DNA of 62,370 nt, filler included, from Nemertoderma westbladi (taxonomy: Eukaryota > Animalia > Xenacoelomorpha), in assembly GCA_032718475.1 (NCBI GenBank). It is 3 parts of 3 records of this genome, joined end to end, with 100 filler letters (N's around TTAATTAATTAA, not from the genome) between each part and the next. Parts side by side here need not be neighbours in the genome. Positions count along the whole stretch, not along the records: positions 24,443 to 51,127 come from JAUCBJ010007781.1; positions 51,228 to 62,370 come from JAUCBJ010004719.1; 1 more part is not named here. The stretch is one strand, 5' to 3'. The notes beneath the pieces were generated by a model. That model was not told where the DNA came from and did no database searches. It worked only from the letters and a program-made list of their open reading frames with translations. The stretch's first letter is position 1. Every line of letters begins with the position of its first letter. A program made the position numbers and the translations under genes. This document shows positions 41,995 to 52,729 of this stretch, one piece after another.

Positions 41995-42097
41995 AAAAAA
42001 TTAGATAGCGCGTCACCGGGGGTTGAACCAGCGCTATACGTATGTTTCAGCCTATCAGGCCTCATCAGTAGCGCTAACCAGTTCAGCCACTTGCCCC
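41995..42097 (-). ncRNA. Pol III-type small RNA unit containing a type I hammerhead ribozyme
   Basis: Minus strand: GGGGCAAG-TGGCTGAACTGG (box A)-TT-AGCGCTA-CTGATGA-GGCCTGATAGGCT-GAAA-C-ATAC-GTA-TAGCGCT-GGTTCAACCCC (box B)-CGGTGACGCGCTATCTAA-TTTTTT. Stem I AGCGCTA/TAGCGCT, stem II GGCCT/AGGCT, minimal stem III, GUA cleavage triplet. Confidence 0.8.
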
Positions 42098-42200
42098 TGA
42101 CAATTCACTATCCCACCTAATCCACTTCTATTGAACAGGCAGTCTTAAGTTGCATATCCTATGGAGTAATAGAAGTTTCAGTTGGGAATCGATGTCTTAG

Positions 42201-43340
42201 TACAAACAATAGCGCAAAAGCAATAAAAAATATTTTAATAGTCCGAAACGTTTCGATATATTAACTTTATATCATCATCAGTGGAGTTACAAATAAACAA
42301 AAAAACTGTAAACTAGATTAATACAAGTTGGTATTAATCTAGTTTACACTAGATCTAGTTTACTTTATATCACCATCAGTGGAGTTACAAATAAACAAAA
42401 AAACTGTAAACTAGATTAATACAAGTTGGTATTAATCTAGTTTACACTAGATCTAGTTTACTTTATATCACCATCAGTGGAGTTACAAATAAACAAATTA
42501 AAGTTAAATTTAAAACTGTAAACTAGATTAATACAAGTTGGTATTAATCTAGTTTACACTAGATCTAGTTTACTTTATATCACCATCAGTGGAGTTACAA
42601 ATAAACAAATTAAAGTTAAATTTAAATTTAAAACTGTAAACTAGATTAATACAAGTTGGTATTAATCTAGTTTACACTAGATCTAGTTTACTTTATATCA
42701 CCATCAGTGGAGTTACAAATAAACAAAAAAACTGTAAACTAGATTAATACAAGTTGGTATTAATCTAGTTTACACTAGATCTAGTTTACTTTATATCACC
42801 ATCAGTGGAGTTACAAATAAACAAATTAAAGTTAAATTTAAAACTGTAAACTAGATTAATACAAGTTGGTATTAATCTAGTTTACACTAGATCTAGTTTA
42901 CTTTATATCACCATCAGTGGAGTTACAAATAAACAAATTAAAGTTAAATTTAAATTTAAAACTGTAAACTAGATTAATACAAGTTGGTATTAATCTAGTT
43001 TACACTAGATCTAGTTTACTTTATATCACCATCAGTGGAGTTACAAATAAACAAATTAAAGTTAAATTTAAAACTGTAAACTAGATTAATACAAGTTGGT
43101 ATTAATCTAGTTTACACTAGATCTAGTTTACTTTATATCACCATCAGTGGAGTTACAAATAAACAAATTAAAGTTAAATTTAAAACTGTAAACTAGATTA
43201 ATACAAGTTGGTATTAATCTAGTTTACAGTTTTTTTGTTTATTTGTAACTCCACTGATGGTGATATAAAGTTAATATATCGAAACGTTTCGGACTATTAA
43301 AATATAATTTATTGCTATTGCTATTGCGCTATTGTTAGTA
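42201..43340. mobile_element. Penelope-like (PLE) pseudo-LTR inverted structure with minimal hammerheads and internal tandem amplification
   Basis: Outer arms are reverse complements. The left arm (minus strand, 42240-42286) reads CCA-CTGATGA-T-GATATA-AAGTTAA-TATATC-GAAACGTTTC-GGA. The right arm (43249-43295, +) has CTGATGG. Nine 98-118-bp palindrome-containing units lie between them. Confidence 0.65.
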
Positions 43341-43658
43341 GTGTTCAGGGAGCCAAATACAGTATGCTGTGACACCGGTATACTATTGACCAACTATACC
43401 TCTACAATCGACATACCTACCTCCACTATCATTCCAATTTTTACATTTTCAATACACTAATACACAGTAAAACAGAGTCAGAAAGATGGATATAGCATAC
43501 TGTAGGATAGTGACTGATAACAACCTCGGCCTGCGGCCTCCGTAATAATACAGGATAATTTGCTTCTGGAACGGCATCAGTGATTATTCAGTTTTATTCG
43601 CTTCAGGTTATTATTTCCGTATATTAACTCTAGAACATTGCGATATTGTATGTATATA

Positions 43659-44497
43659 CACCATGTCCCGTAATATAATGTCATTTTCTGATGACATGGA
43701 CCCCCCCCCCCAAATTTTTCTACAAATCTTTATCATATTGCTTGAAATTTGAAACACAACTAGTTCCACTCACCGTCGTTGACCCCATGAAGCCGGAATT
43801 TTCGATTTCGCCTTTAATTTTTTTTAATGAGCGTTTTAAAAAAAGTCACATCATTAGAAAGCATGCGTTGCAAGGATTCCAAATATGTAACAATATATGA
43901 ATTTCGTTGAGAAACAACTGAGATATAGGTGTTCAAAGATTGCAAGAAGTATCGTTCGCTAGATGCCATTTACTCTTTATTAAATTAACAATGTTCTGGA
44001 ACATTTAGTTTAAGTATGAATAGCTACGCAATAGATATATTGGATAGGAATACCGCTGTTGCCCACCAACTCATAAAATAAACAACACATTCTAGAATTT
44101 TGTGTATTTATTAGATAGAATAAATGGCCTTCAGCGAAGGATAATTATTGCAATCTTCGAACGCCTATATCTCAGCTGTTTCTCAACGAAATTCATATAT
44201 TGTTTCATATTTGGAATCCTTGCAACGCAAGCTATTTAATGATATGAAAAAATACGACTAATGTGAAGAATGGCCACGATACGGAGGGTGCGATTTCGCA
44301 AAAGACACTTTTTTAAAACGCTTATTAAAGAAATTTAAAGGCGAAATCGAAAATTCCGGCTTCATGGTAACAACCACGGTGAGGGGAACTAGTTGTGTTT
44401 CAAATTTCAAGCAATATGATAAAGATTTGTAGAAAAATCTGGGGGGGGGGGGGGGTCCGTGTCATCAGAAAATGACACTATATTACGGTTCGTGGTG
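43659..44497. mobile_element. Foldback MITE with long TIRs and TA target duplication (Tc1/mariner-type target)
   Basis: TA|CACCATGTCCCGTAATATAATGTCATTTTCTGATGAC... mirrored by ...GTCATCAGAAAATGACACTATATTACGGTTCGTGGTG|TA. Inverted similarity extends over >300 bp. Confidence 0.88.
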
Positions 44498-44619
44498 TAA
44501 ATTGTTCCTTCATCGTAACCTCATTGCGTTTTAACCCTTTGAAGATTGACCGGAGGCAATAATTAGCAGTAGCAGTAGCATTTTCGAGATAGTGTTTTAC
44601 CATACAACTGCAGTATATG

Positions 44620-46585
44620 TAATGCGACACAAAGGTATGGTGCGACACAAAGGATTAGTGCGACACTTAGATATATTGCGACACCACGATGTAGTGCAAT
44701 ATATAGGTGGGGTGAGACACCTATATGTAGTGCGACACCTATATGTACTGCGACACCTATATGTACTGTGACACCTATATGTACTGCGACACCTATATGT
44801 AGTGCGACACCTATATGTACTGCGACACCTATATGTACTGTGACACTGGTGCGACACCTATATGTACTGCGAAACCTATATGTACTGCGACACCTATATG
44901 TAGTGCGACACCTATATGTACTGCGACACCTATAAGTACTGTGACACCTATATGTAGTGCGACACCTATATGTAGTGCGACACCTATATGTAGTACGACA
45001 CCTATATGTGGTGCGACACCTATATGTAGTGCGAAACCTATATGTACTACGACACCTATATGTAGTGCGACACCTATATGTACTGCGACACCTATATGTA
45101 CTGTGACACCTATATGTACTGCGACACCTATATGTACTGCGACACCTATATGTAGTGCGACACCTATATGTGGTGCGACACCTATATGTACTGCGACACC
45201 TATATGTAGTGCGACACCTATATGTAGTGCGACACCTATATGTACTGCGACACCTATATGTACTGCGACACCTATATGTAGTGCGACACCTATATGTAGT
45301 GCGACACCTATATGTAGTGCGACACCTATATGTGGTGCGACACCTATATGTACTGCGAAACCTATATGTACTGCGACACCTATATGTAGTGCGACACCTA
45401 TATGTACTGCGACACCTATAAGTACTGTGACACCTATATGTAGTGCGACACCTATATGTAGTGCGACACCTATATGTAGTGCGACACCTATATGTAGTGC
45501 GACACCTATATGTAGTGCGACACCTATATGTAGTGCGACACCTATATGTACTGCGACACCTATATGTACTGCGACACCTACATGTAGTGCGACAATTATA
45601 TGTAGTGCGACACCTATATGTAGTGCGACACCTATATGTAGTGCGACACCTATATGTAGTGCGAAACCTATATGTATTGCGACACCTATATGTAGTGCGA
45701 CACCTATATGTACTGCAACACCTATATGTAGTGCGACACCTATACCGAATCTAGTGCACACATAGGTGTGGTGCGACACCTATATGTAGTGCGACACCTA
45801 TATGTAGTGCGGCACCTATATGTACTGCGACACCTATATGTACGGCGACACCTATATGTACGGCGACACCTATATGTAGTGCGACACCTATATGTACTGC
45901 GACAGCTATATGTAGTGCGACACCTATATGTAGTGCGACACCTATATGTACTCCGACACCTATATGTAGTGCGACACCTATATGTACTGCGACACCTATA
46001 TGTAGTGCGACACCTATATGTAGTGCGACACTTATATGTACTGCGACACCTATGTAGTGCGAAACATATGTCATTCGACACAGGTGTGGAGCGACAGAGC
46101 GACACTTATATGTAGTGCGACACCTATATGTAGTGCGACACCTATATGTAGTGCGACACCTATATGTAGTGCGACACCTATATGTACTGCGACACCTATA
46201 TGTAGTGCGACACCTATATGTACTGCGACACCTATATGTACTGTGACACCTATGTAGTGCGAAACATATGTCATTCGACACAGGTGTGGAGCGACAGAGC
46301 GACACTTATATGTAGTGCGACACCTATATGTAGTGCGACACCTATATGTAGTGCGACACCTATATGTAGTGCGACACCTATATGTACTGCGACACCTATA
46401 TGTAGTGCGACACCTATACGGTATCTAGTGCACAAGGTGTAGTGCGAAACCTATATCCAGTGCGACACCAAAATGGAGTGCAACCCATAGGTGAGGTGAG
46501 ACACTATATGTATTGCGACACCAAAATGTAGTGCGACACATAAGTATGGGACACAATGCGACACAATATGGTGTGGTGCGACACT
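44620..46585. repeat. 18-bp minisatellite (GCGACACCTATATGTAGT)n
   Basis: Direct reading; it explains the ATPICS/HIGVAL ORFs. It is preceded by TTAACCCTTT (44531) and an arm inverted relative to 33918-33955. Confidence 0.95.
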
Positions 46586-48012
46586 TACTTTGGCGTTGTG
46601 GGAGTATATTTGTGGTGGGGATAGTAATATGTAGGTAATCTAATAAATAGGGTGCAAAAGTTTAATAAAAATTTATATTACAATGAAAATGAACAATTAT
46701 TTTTTGGAGTTATTATTTATTTATTAGACTTATTCAACGAACAAATCGACAATGGTGATACAGTTGCATGCGAAACTACCGGTACCTCCAAAACACAATA
46801 ATGCAATGTTTCTTAACAATAAGTTATTAATCGGGGGTATTACAAATTTACTAATGGTTTGAAATGGTTTGATAGATGGTCTTTCATGTGGTGACATCGG
46901 TTTTCACAATTGAATAATTTTTCACCACAAAACAGAACTTTTCAACAAATTTATTGCTTATATTCATGACACTCTGTATAAAACAACATTTTTCTCAGTT
47001 TGCCGATTTTGACATATTTCATCACAAAATCCCCTCTACTTTTTTATTTTTCACTCAATTTTTATCAAACATATACCAAAATGTTCAGCATCTAGGGCGA
47101 CAATCATCATGAGTATTGGTTTTGAAAACTGCCCATTTGGATGTTCTATGATCCATTATGTAACTGTTTCTCTTCGTCTACCGCAAAATATATGAAGCCC
47201 GAAATATAGCTCGAACATACAAAAACCCCCATAAATTTTTCAAAAACAATAATTTTGTGTTGAAATTTTCACAGAAGATAGCCTACATATCTAAGTTCAT
47301 TGGACCAAACTCTTGGACTGAGAACTCCAACCCAGTTGGTACTACAGAGCCTTCTACATGAGATCATTTTCATAAAAAAAAGCCTCAAAATCTTTATAAA
47401 TTTTGAAAAAAACAGACTTGCACAAAAAGTGTCATATTTTTCGAACAAATTGGATTGCGAAGGTATCCATACTCCGTTTTCTTAGTTAAAGATCACAGAT
47501 CATTGTATTAAAATAGAATAGAATAAAAAAAATCGGTTTGGGGTGATTCTCCCCTTAACAATGCTGAGCTTAAATCAGACTCTTTCTGCAAAGATCTAGG
47601 CTTGACAATTTCGCCAGACCTTAAATTCAACAAAGTAATAAACATTCTGTTCAGAAACATAATAAGTAGCAACAAGTCTGCTTTACTCACAGCGTAGCGT
47701 ATAGATCTATGATGCGTCCCTTATTAGAATATTATTATTAGAATATTTGACTGACCTGCTTTGTTATCTGTGTGTCAGTCTTTTACAGTATTTTTCGCTG
47801 TTTTACCTACAACACTGTAAGTTCACTGAGCCTTGTGATGGCCTCCCTCAAAAAATGTTACCGCGCTTAAGTTTACATTATTGTTGTGTTGTTTGTTTGT
47901 TTTTACATGGAATAAATAAATAAAATGATAAATAATAATGCTCGTAGTAGGCCGGTGTCAATCAGACTGTATAGCCTACTACTGTACTACCGGTACCGCT
48001 ACTGTTAACTAA

Positions 48013-49947
48013 ATGATATTGTTGCGTATTCTACGACTTTCAACTAAACCCCGCGGAATGGCTTCCTTTTCCGCTTGTTGCAATAAATCCACCACGGAGA
48101 ATAAAACCTTGGAGACGCTGAACTTCGACAACCGGGCCTTAAAACTCCTCCCGTTGGACCCGGTAACCGATAACTACGTGCGAACTGTGAGGGAGGCGTG
48201 TTTCTCCTTGGTGGACCCCACCCCGGTAGAGAACCCTCGACTGGTTGCCGCGTCGCCCCAAGCCATGTCGCTCCTCGAACTCCCTCCGTCGGAGGTCCGA
48301 CGGCCGGAGTTCCTCCGCTACTTCTCCGGGAACGCGAAGCTGCCGGGTTCCCGCACAGCCGCGCACTGCTACTGCGGCCATCAGTTCGGCCACTTCTCGG
48401 GCCAGTTGGGCGACGGTTGCGCGATCTACCTCGGGGAGTTGCTCAACTCGAAGGGCGAGCGGTGGGAGATTCAGTTGAAGGGCGCGGGAATGACGCCCTA
48501 CAGTCGGCAGGCGGATGGCCGGAAGGTGCTCCGCTCCTCCATCCGGGAGTTCCTCTGCTCGGAGGCGATGCACGGCCTCGGGATCCCGACGACTCGCGCG
48601 GGTTGTTGCGTCGTCGCAGACACCCGCGTACTCCGGGACGTCTTCTACGACGGACATCCCGCCACCGAACCCGTCGCTCTCGTGCTGCGTGTAGCCCCGT
48701 CATTCCTCCGATTTGGTTCCTTCGAGATCTTTAAACCGCAGGACCGGTTCACAGGCCGCGCGGGGCCGTCTGTCGGTCGGACCGCCGTGTTCGACAAGCT
48801 CTTTGACTACGTCGTCGCCACATTCTTCCCGGAGTCTCTCCGGAGCGCTCCGACCGACCGCCGGGCCCAATGCCGCTCCGTGTTCCGACGGATATCGGAG
48901 ACGACGGCCCGTCTGGTCGCCGCCTGGCAGTCCGTCGGTTTCTGCCACGGCGTGTTGAATACCGACAACATGTCGCTTCTCGGACTCACTATAGACTACG
49001 GCCCCTTCGGGTTCCTCGACGTCTACGAGGCCGGACACGTCTGCAACGCGTCGGACACCAACGGGAGGTACGCGTACGACCAGCAGCCCACCGTCTGTAG
49101 ATGGAACGTGGAGCGACTGGGGGAGGCTTTGCGACCGTTGCTGGGCGAGGGCGAGGCCGCTGAGGCGGTGGGAGCCTTCGACGAGGAGTACAAACGGGAG
49201 TACCTGCGGAGGATGAGGGGGAAGTTGGGGTTGGTTGTGGAGCGGGAGACGGACGGGGAGCTGGTCGCTGTGCTGCTCCGGACGATGGAGGCCACCGGGG
49301 CCGACTTCACCAACACCTTCCGGAGACTGGCGGACATTCCGATTCCGGGGGTCCCCGACTATCCGACGACCTTCCCACGCGGCGTCCGCGGGATCCTTGC
49401 GCAATGCGCCAGTCTCGAGGAACTCCGCAGACGGTCTCGGCCGTCCATGGAGGAGGCCGAGTTGGCCACGCTCGTACAACTCGCGCGCACGCAGCCCCAA
49501 CTGCTCGCTATGCTCGGCGGCAGTGTCGCCAAGCTGGACAGCGAGTTGGGGAAGTTGGAGAGGAGTCGGGAGCTGGAGGGGATGTCGGCGGACGCGAAAG
49601 GGGAGCGGGATCGGGAGCGGTGGGAGCAGTGGTTGTCGGCGTACACGGAGCGGCTGCGGGTGGAGGTTGGGGAGCGGGACCCCCGGGAGGTTGGGGCGGA
49701 GCGACGGCGGTTGATGGAGGCGAGCAACCCGCGGTTCGTGCTGCGGAACTACATCGCCCAGAGGGCCATCGACGCGGCCGAGCGGGGGGATTACTCGGAG
49801 GTGGAGAGAGTGCTGGAGGCGCTGGCGGACCCGTACGGGGGGGAGACCGGGGTAGACGAGACTGCTGGCGCCTCTAGCGGCCCTGTACCGTACGACTCGA
49901 GACCGCCGCTGATTTCCCTTGATCTACGCGTCAGCTGATCTTCCTAG
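48013..49947 (+). CDS. SELENOO: Selenoprotein O (pseudokinase protein adenylyltransferase/AMPylase), single exon, Sec at TGA 49936-49938
   Basis: Motifs AHCYCGHQFG, QLGDG, QLKGAG.TPYSRQADGRKVLRSSIREFLCSEAM, RFGSFE, GFCHGVLNTDNMS, IDYGPFGF, DFTNTFR, NPRFVLRNYIAQ. The 3' end GTC AGC TGA TCT TCC TAG reads V-S-U-S-S-stop, matching the USS/CSS terminus of the family. The Arg/Leu-rich N-terminus resembles a mitochondrial presequence. Confidence 0.96.
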
Positions 49948-49999
49948 TCGGTTTATCTCGCTTCGCTTCGATTCCTTTGGACGGATTAATTCACCGATT

Positions 50000-50046
50000 A
50001 TGACGGGATCTCAGCCAACCAGTTTCTCTGGACTGGAATCCCCGAA
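50000..50046 (+). promoter_or_regulatory. SECIS element (form 2) in the SELENOO 3' UTR
   Basis: ATGAC-GGGATCTCAG-CCAA-CCAG-TTTCT-CTGG-A-CTGGAATCCC-CGAA: AUGAN/NGAN quartet, 10-bp helix II with one mismatch, unpaired CCAA, apical mini-stem. It starts 61 nt after the UGA. Confidence 0.88.
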
Positions 50047-50129
50047 AACCAAACGATATCGAACGAAACTATTAATTTATTTAAATTTAAATTAATTTAA
50101 TTTAACTTCAGTCGTTTAGTGACTATTGG

Positions 50130-50204
50130 AATAAATATCGGGAATTCCTATTAACATCGGCTTTAGTATCATAATTCAGTATTCTGTACGACTTGATAAA
50201 TAAA
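50130..50204 (+). promoter_or_regulatory. Candidate polyadenylation signals for SELENOO
   Basis: AATAAA at 50130-50135 and 50199-50204, downstream of the SECIS. The context is AT-rich, so the motif alone is not specific. Confidence 0.4.
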
Positions 50205-50829
50205 GTGCAGGCCAGTTTCATATTATAGCGATTGGAGTTTCCCTAAAAGCGAATGAAGTTGTTCACCTAGACTCACACCTTCATTTTTACTTTAAGATTT
50301 TTTTCATTTTATTTGAAGTTAAATTGTTGTTTTCATATTTTATTTTCGGATAATATAAAATAGTAATAATTGAAAGCGAAGTTCTCTTCCCGATTGTATT
50401 GATAGGATATTGAGTTTTAGCTGCATAACTTAGACCTTAATGTAGACGGATTTTGTCTGCTGTCTATGTAGTGGGTGCGATATTGTAAATGTAAATAATG
50501 CCTCTGTGTTGTGCTATTTAATTATTATTATGTATTATTTTATAAAAAAAAAAAACGTTATAAAAAGTCAAAATCTTTAATTTCTTTGGCTTCATAAAGG
50601 TGAGACTGTAGGCATATGGCCTGAACACGTAGTCATGGGGTAACGTGAATGGCTCAACTAAAATCCTTACATTTATAAACGTTGTCGATGGAACTTTTCA
50701 AAGAAACTTAATTAACTAACACTTACCTCCCATACCCCCCACCCCCCCCCCCCCCTCCCCCCCCCCCCCCCCCCCTCCCCTCCCCTCCATCCCCTCCTCT
50801 CTTGGCTGTTACTTATAAGGAGGGAGGAC

Positions 50830-50985
50830 ACCAAGGTCCAATACTTAACTATTCAGCCATTTTCTTTACACCCCCAGCATTACAGCTGGGTTGTCTGAAG
50901 CTAGTTCGTTAAGAGTTAACCTTAGCGATACCTGGGTAGGGACTCGAACTCACGAATTTGGGTCTGTTTGCGAGGCAAACAATAA
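50830..50985 (-). mobile_element. Degenerate tRNA-derived SINE
   Basis: Minus-strand box B GAGTTCGAGTCCC followed by ACCCAGCTGTAATG, a motif typical of conserved SINE central domains. Confidence 0.4.
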
Positions 50986-51127
50986 TTGATCAACAAACGC
51001 ATCGTAGTCTGCTACTGGAGTTATTCACGCATCGTAGTCCGCTACTGAAGTTATTCATTACGATAACTATATGTCTTAACGTCCCATGTTTAATATAGGT
51101 AGATACATTAGTTAACGAACCATTGTT

Positions 51128-51227
51128 NNNNNNNNNNNNNNNNNNNNNNNNNNNNNNNNNNNNNNNNNNNNTTAATTAATTAANNNNNNNNNNNNNNNNN
51201 NNNNNNNNNNNNNNNNNNNNNNNNNNN
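51128..51227. other. Artificial contig linker (N44-TTAATTAATTAA-N44)
   Basis: Same structure as 24343-24442. Confidence 0.97.
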
Positions 51228-52729
51228 TCATATTGACCCCCCCCCCCTATCTAAAATCTACAAATTTTTACGAAAACGTCTGATTTTATGTTTGTACGTA
51301 GCGTAGGAATCAATAGTCTGGATCCGACCGAAAAAAATGTACTGGGGTGGTTATATTGCAGCATCAAAATTACAAGTAGTGCACAATTTTCACAAAATTG
51401 GAAAGTTGCATTTTTCGGTTAATTGTTTTTCAATACAGGTTTTCTTGGGCGCAAAATACATTTGAAAATATTTAAAAATTATATGATTACTATAAATGGC
51501 TGTTTAGTCCTATCTGCGTAGGAAAAAAATGAAAAAAACAAGTAACAAGCACTTTTCAGTTAGAACACTAAATTTTTAATTCACTTATACGATGCTATAA
51601 ATTCACATTTTCAGGTTTTCTAGGGGCTGATTCTAATGGAATACATTTCTAACATGCCAGATCATTGCTACTTGTATTTTTCGGCGTAATTTGGCAAATT
51701 TTGGTGCTAGCACCAAATTTCGTACCCATCACCAAAAAGAACAAGTTTTGCGATGTCCAGTGCTGTTTTTATTGATTCCATCGGATTCAGGACCATCATA
51801 AACCCGTATAACGCAAGAAACAAGGTGACACTATCTAATGATAAATTTGCTTAATTTCCAAAATTTGGTGCTGGCACAACAATTTTCACCCACCGGCGAA
51901 AAATACAAGTTTGAAAACACTTATTAATTTTTTACTGATTCCATTGGCTTCAGAACCCCCAAAAACTCGTATAACGCGTATAACTCGTATAACAAGGTGA
52001 CACAATCAATTGATATATTTGATGGTTTTCAAAATTTGGTGCTAGCACCACATTTTGCACCCACTTCCGAAAAATACAAGTTTGAGATGTCTAGTTCGAT
52101 AATTATATATTCCATTGAATTCAGAACAACCATAAACCTCTAAAACGCATGAAATAAATTGTCACAAGCTATTTTATCTATTGAATGGATTTTCAAAATT
52201 TTGTGCTAGCACCAAAATTTGCACACAGCACCGCTAAATACAAGTTTGATACGCTTGGTGCAACTCGTATATATTTCATCGAAACCAGAACCCCAAAAAT
52301 CCCCAATTGCGTAAATAACAAGTTTCAAACAATCAATTTACAAAATTGACATATTTCAAAATTTGGTGCTGGCCCGAAAAAAACAAGTTTGAAATTTCAA
52401 AATAAATTTATATGAATTCCATCCAATTGCTAACACCAAAAACCGATGTAAATCAAAAATAGAGATGTTACAATTCCTATTTAATTAAATGTCATTTTCA
52501 AAAAACGTCTCCTAAAAAAGTCCCAAAAGTAGGGTTAAAAAATGGTGCTATAACTCGAAAACTACCCAATATTTTTGAAAACGGTTTTCACTACTAGGAA
52601 GACAATAGATTATTAGGAAAAGTCATAAAATTTCAGATTCCCAACTGCGTTTGTTTCAGAATTATAATAAAAAAACCACGGTGGGGGGGGGGGGTCACAT
52701 TGACCCCCCCCCCCCCGGGTTTAATAGGG
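51228..52729. mobile_element. Non-autonomous piggyBac-like DNA transposon (left end cut by the gap)
   Basis: Ends ...CCCGGGTTTAATAGGG|TTAA. Internal degenerate subrepeats contain the palindrome AAATTTGGTGCTAGCACCAAATTT. A second copy lies in inverted orientation from 56695. Confidence 0.75.

Noticed and set aside
42006-42097. tRNA gene call for the box A/box B element
   Set aside because: Acceptor and T stems do not pair canonically and the anticodon arm is replaced by a hammerhead fold; reported as ncRNA instead.
44597-46442. ATPICS / HIGVAL repeat ORFs (antifreeze-like appearance)
   Set aside because: Open on both strands because the unit is 18 bp; no signal peptide or unique coding context.
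48139-49877. Overlapping and antisense ORFs within SELENOO
   Set aside because: Expected shadow ORFs of a GC-rich CDS; no recognisable domains.
48013-49947. Bacterial horizontal transfer of ydiU/selO
   Set aside because: Animal-type sequence features, the Sec codon and a eukaryotic 3'-UTR SECIS argue for a native gene.
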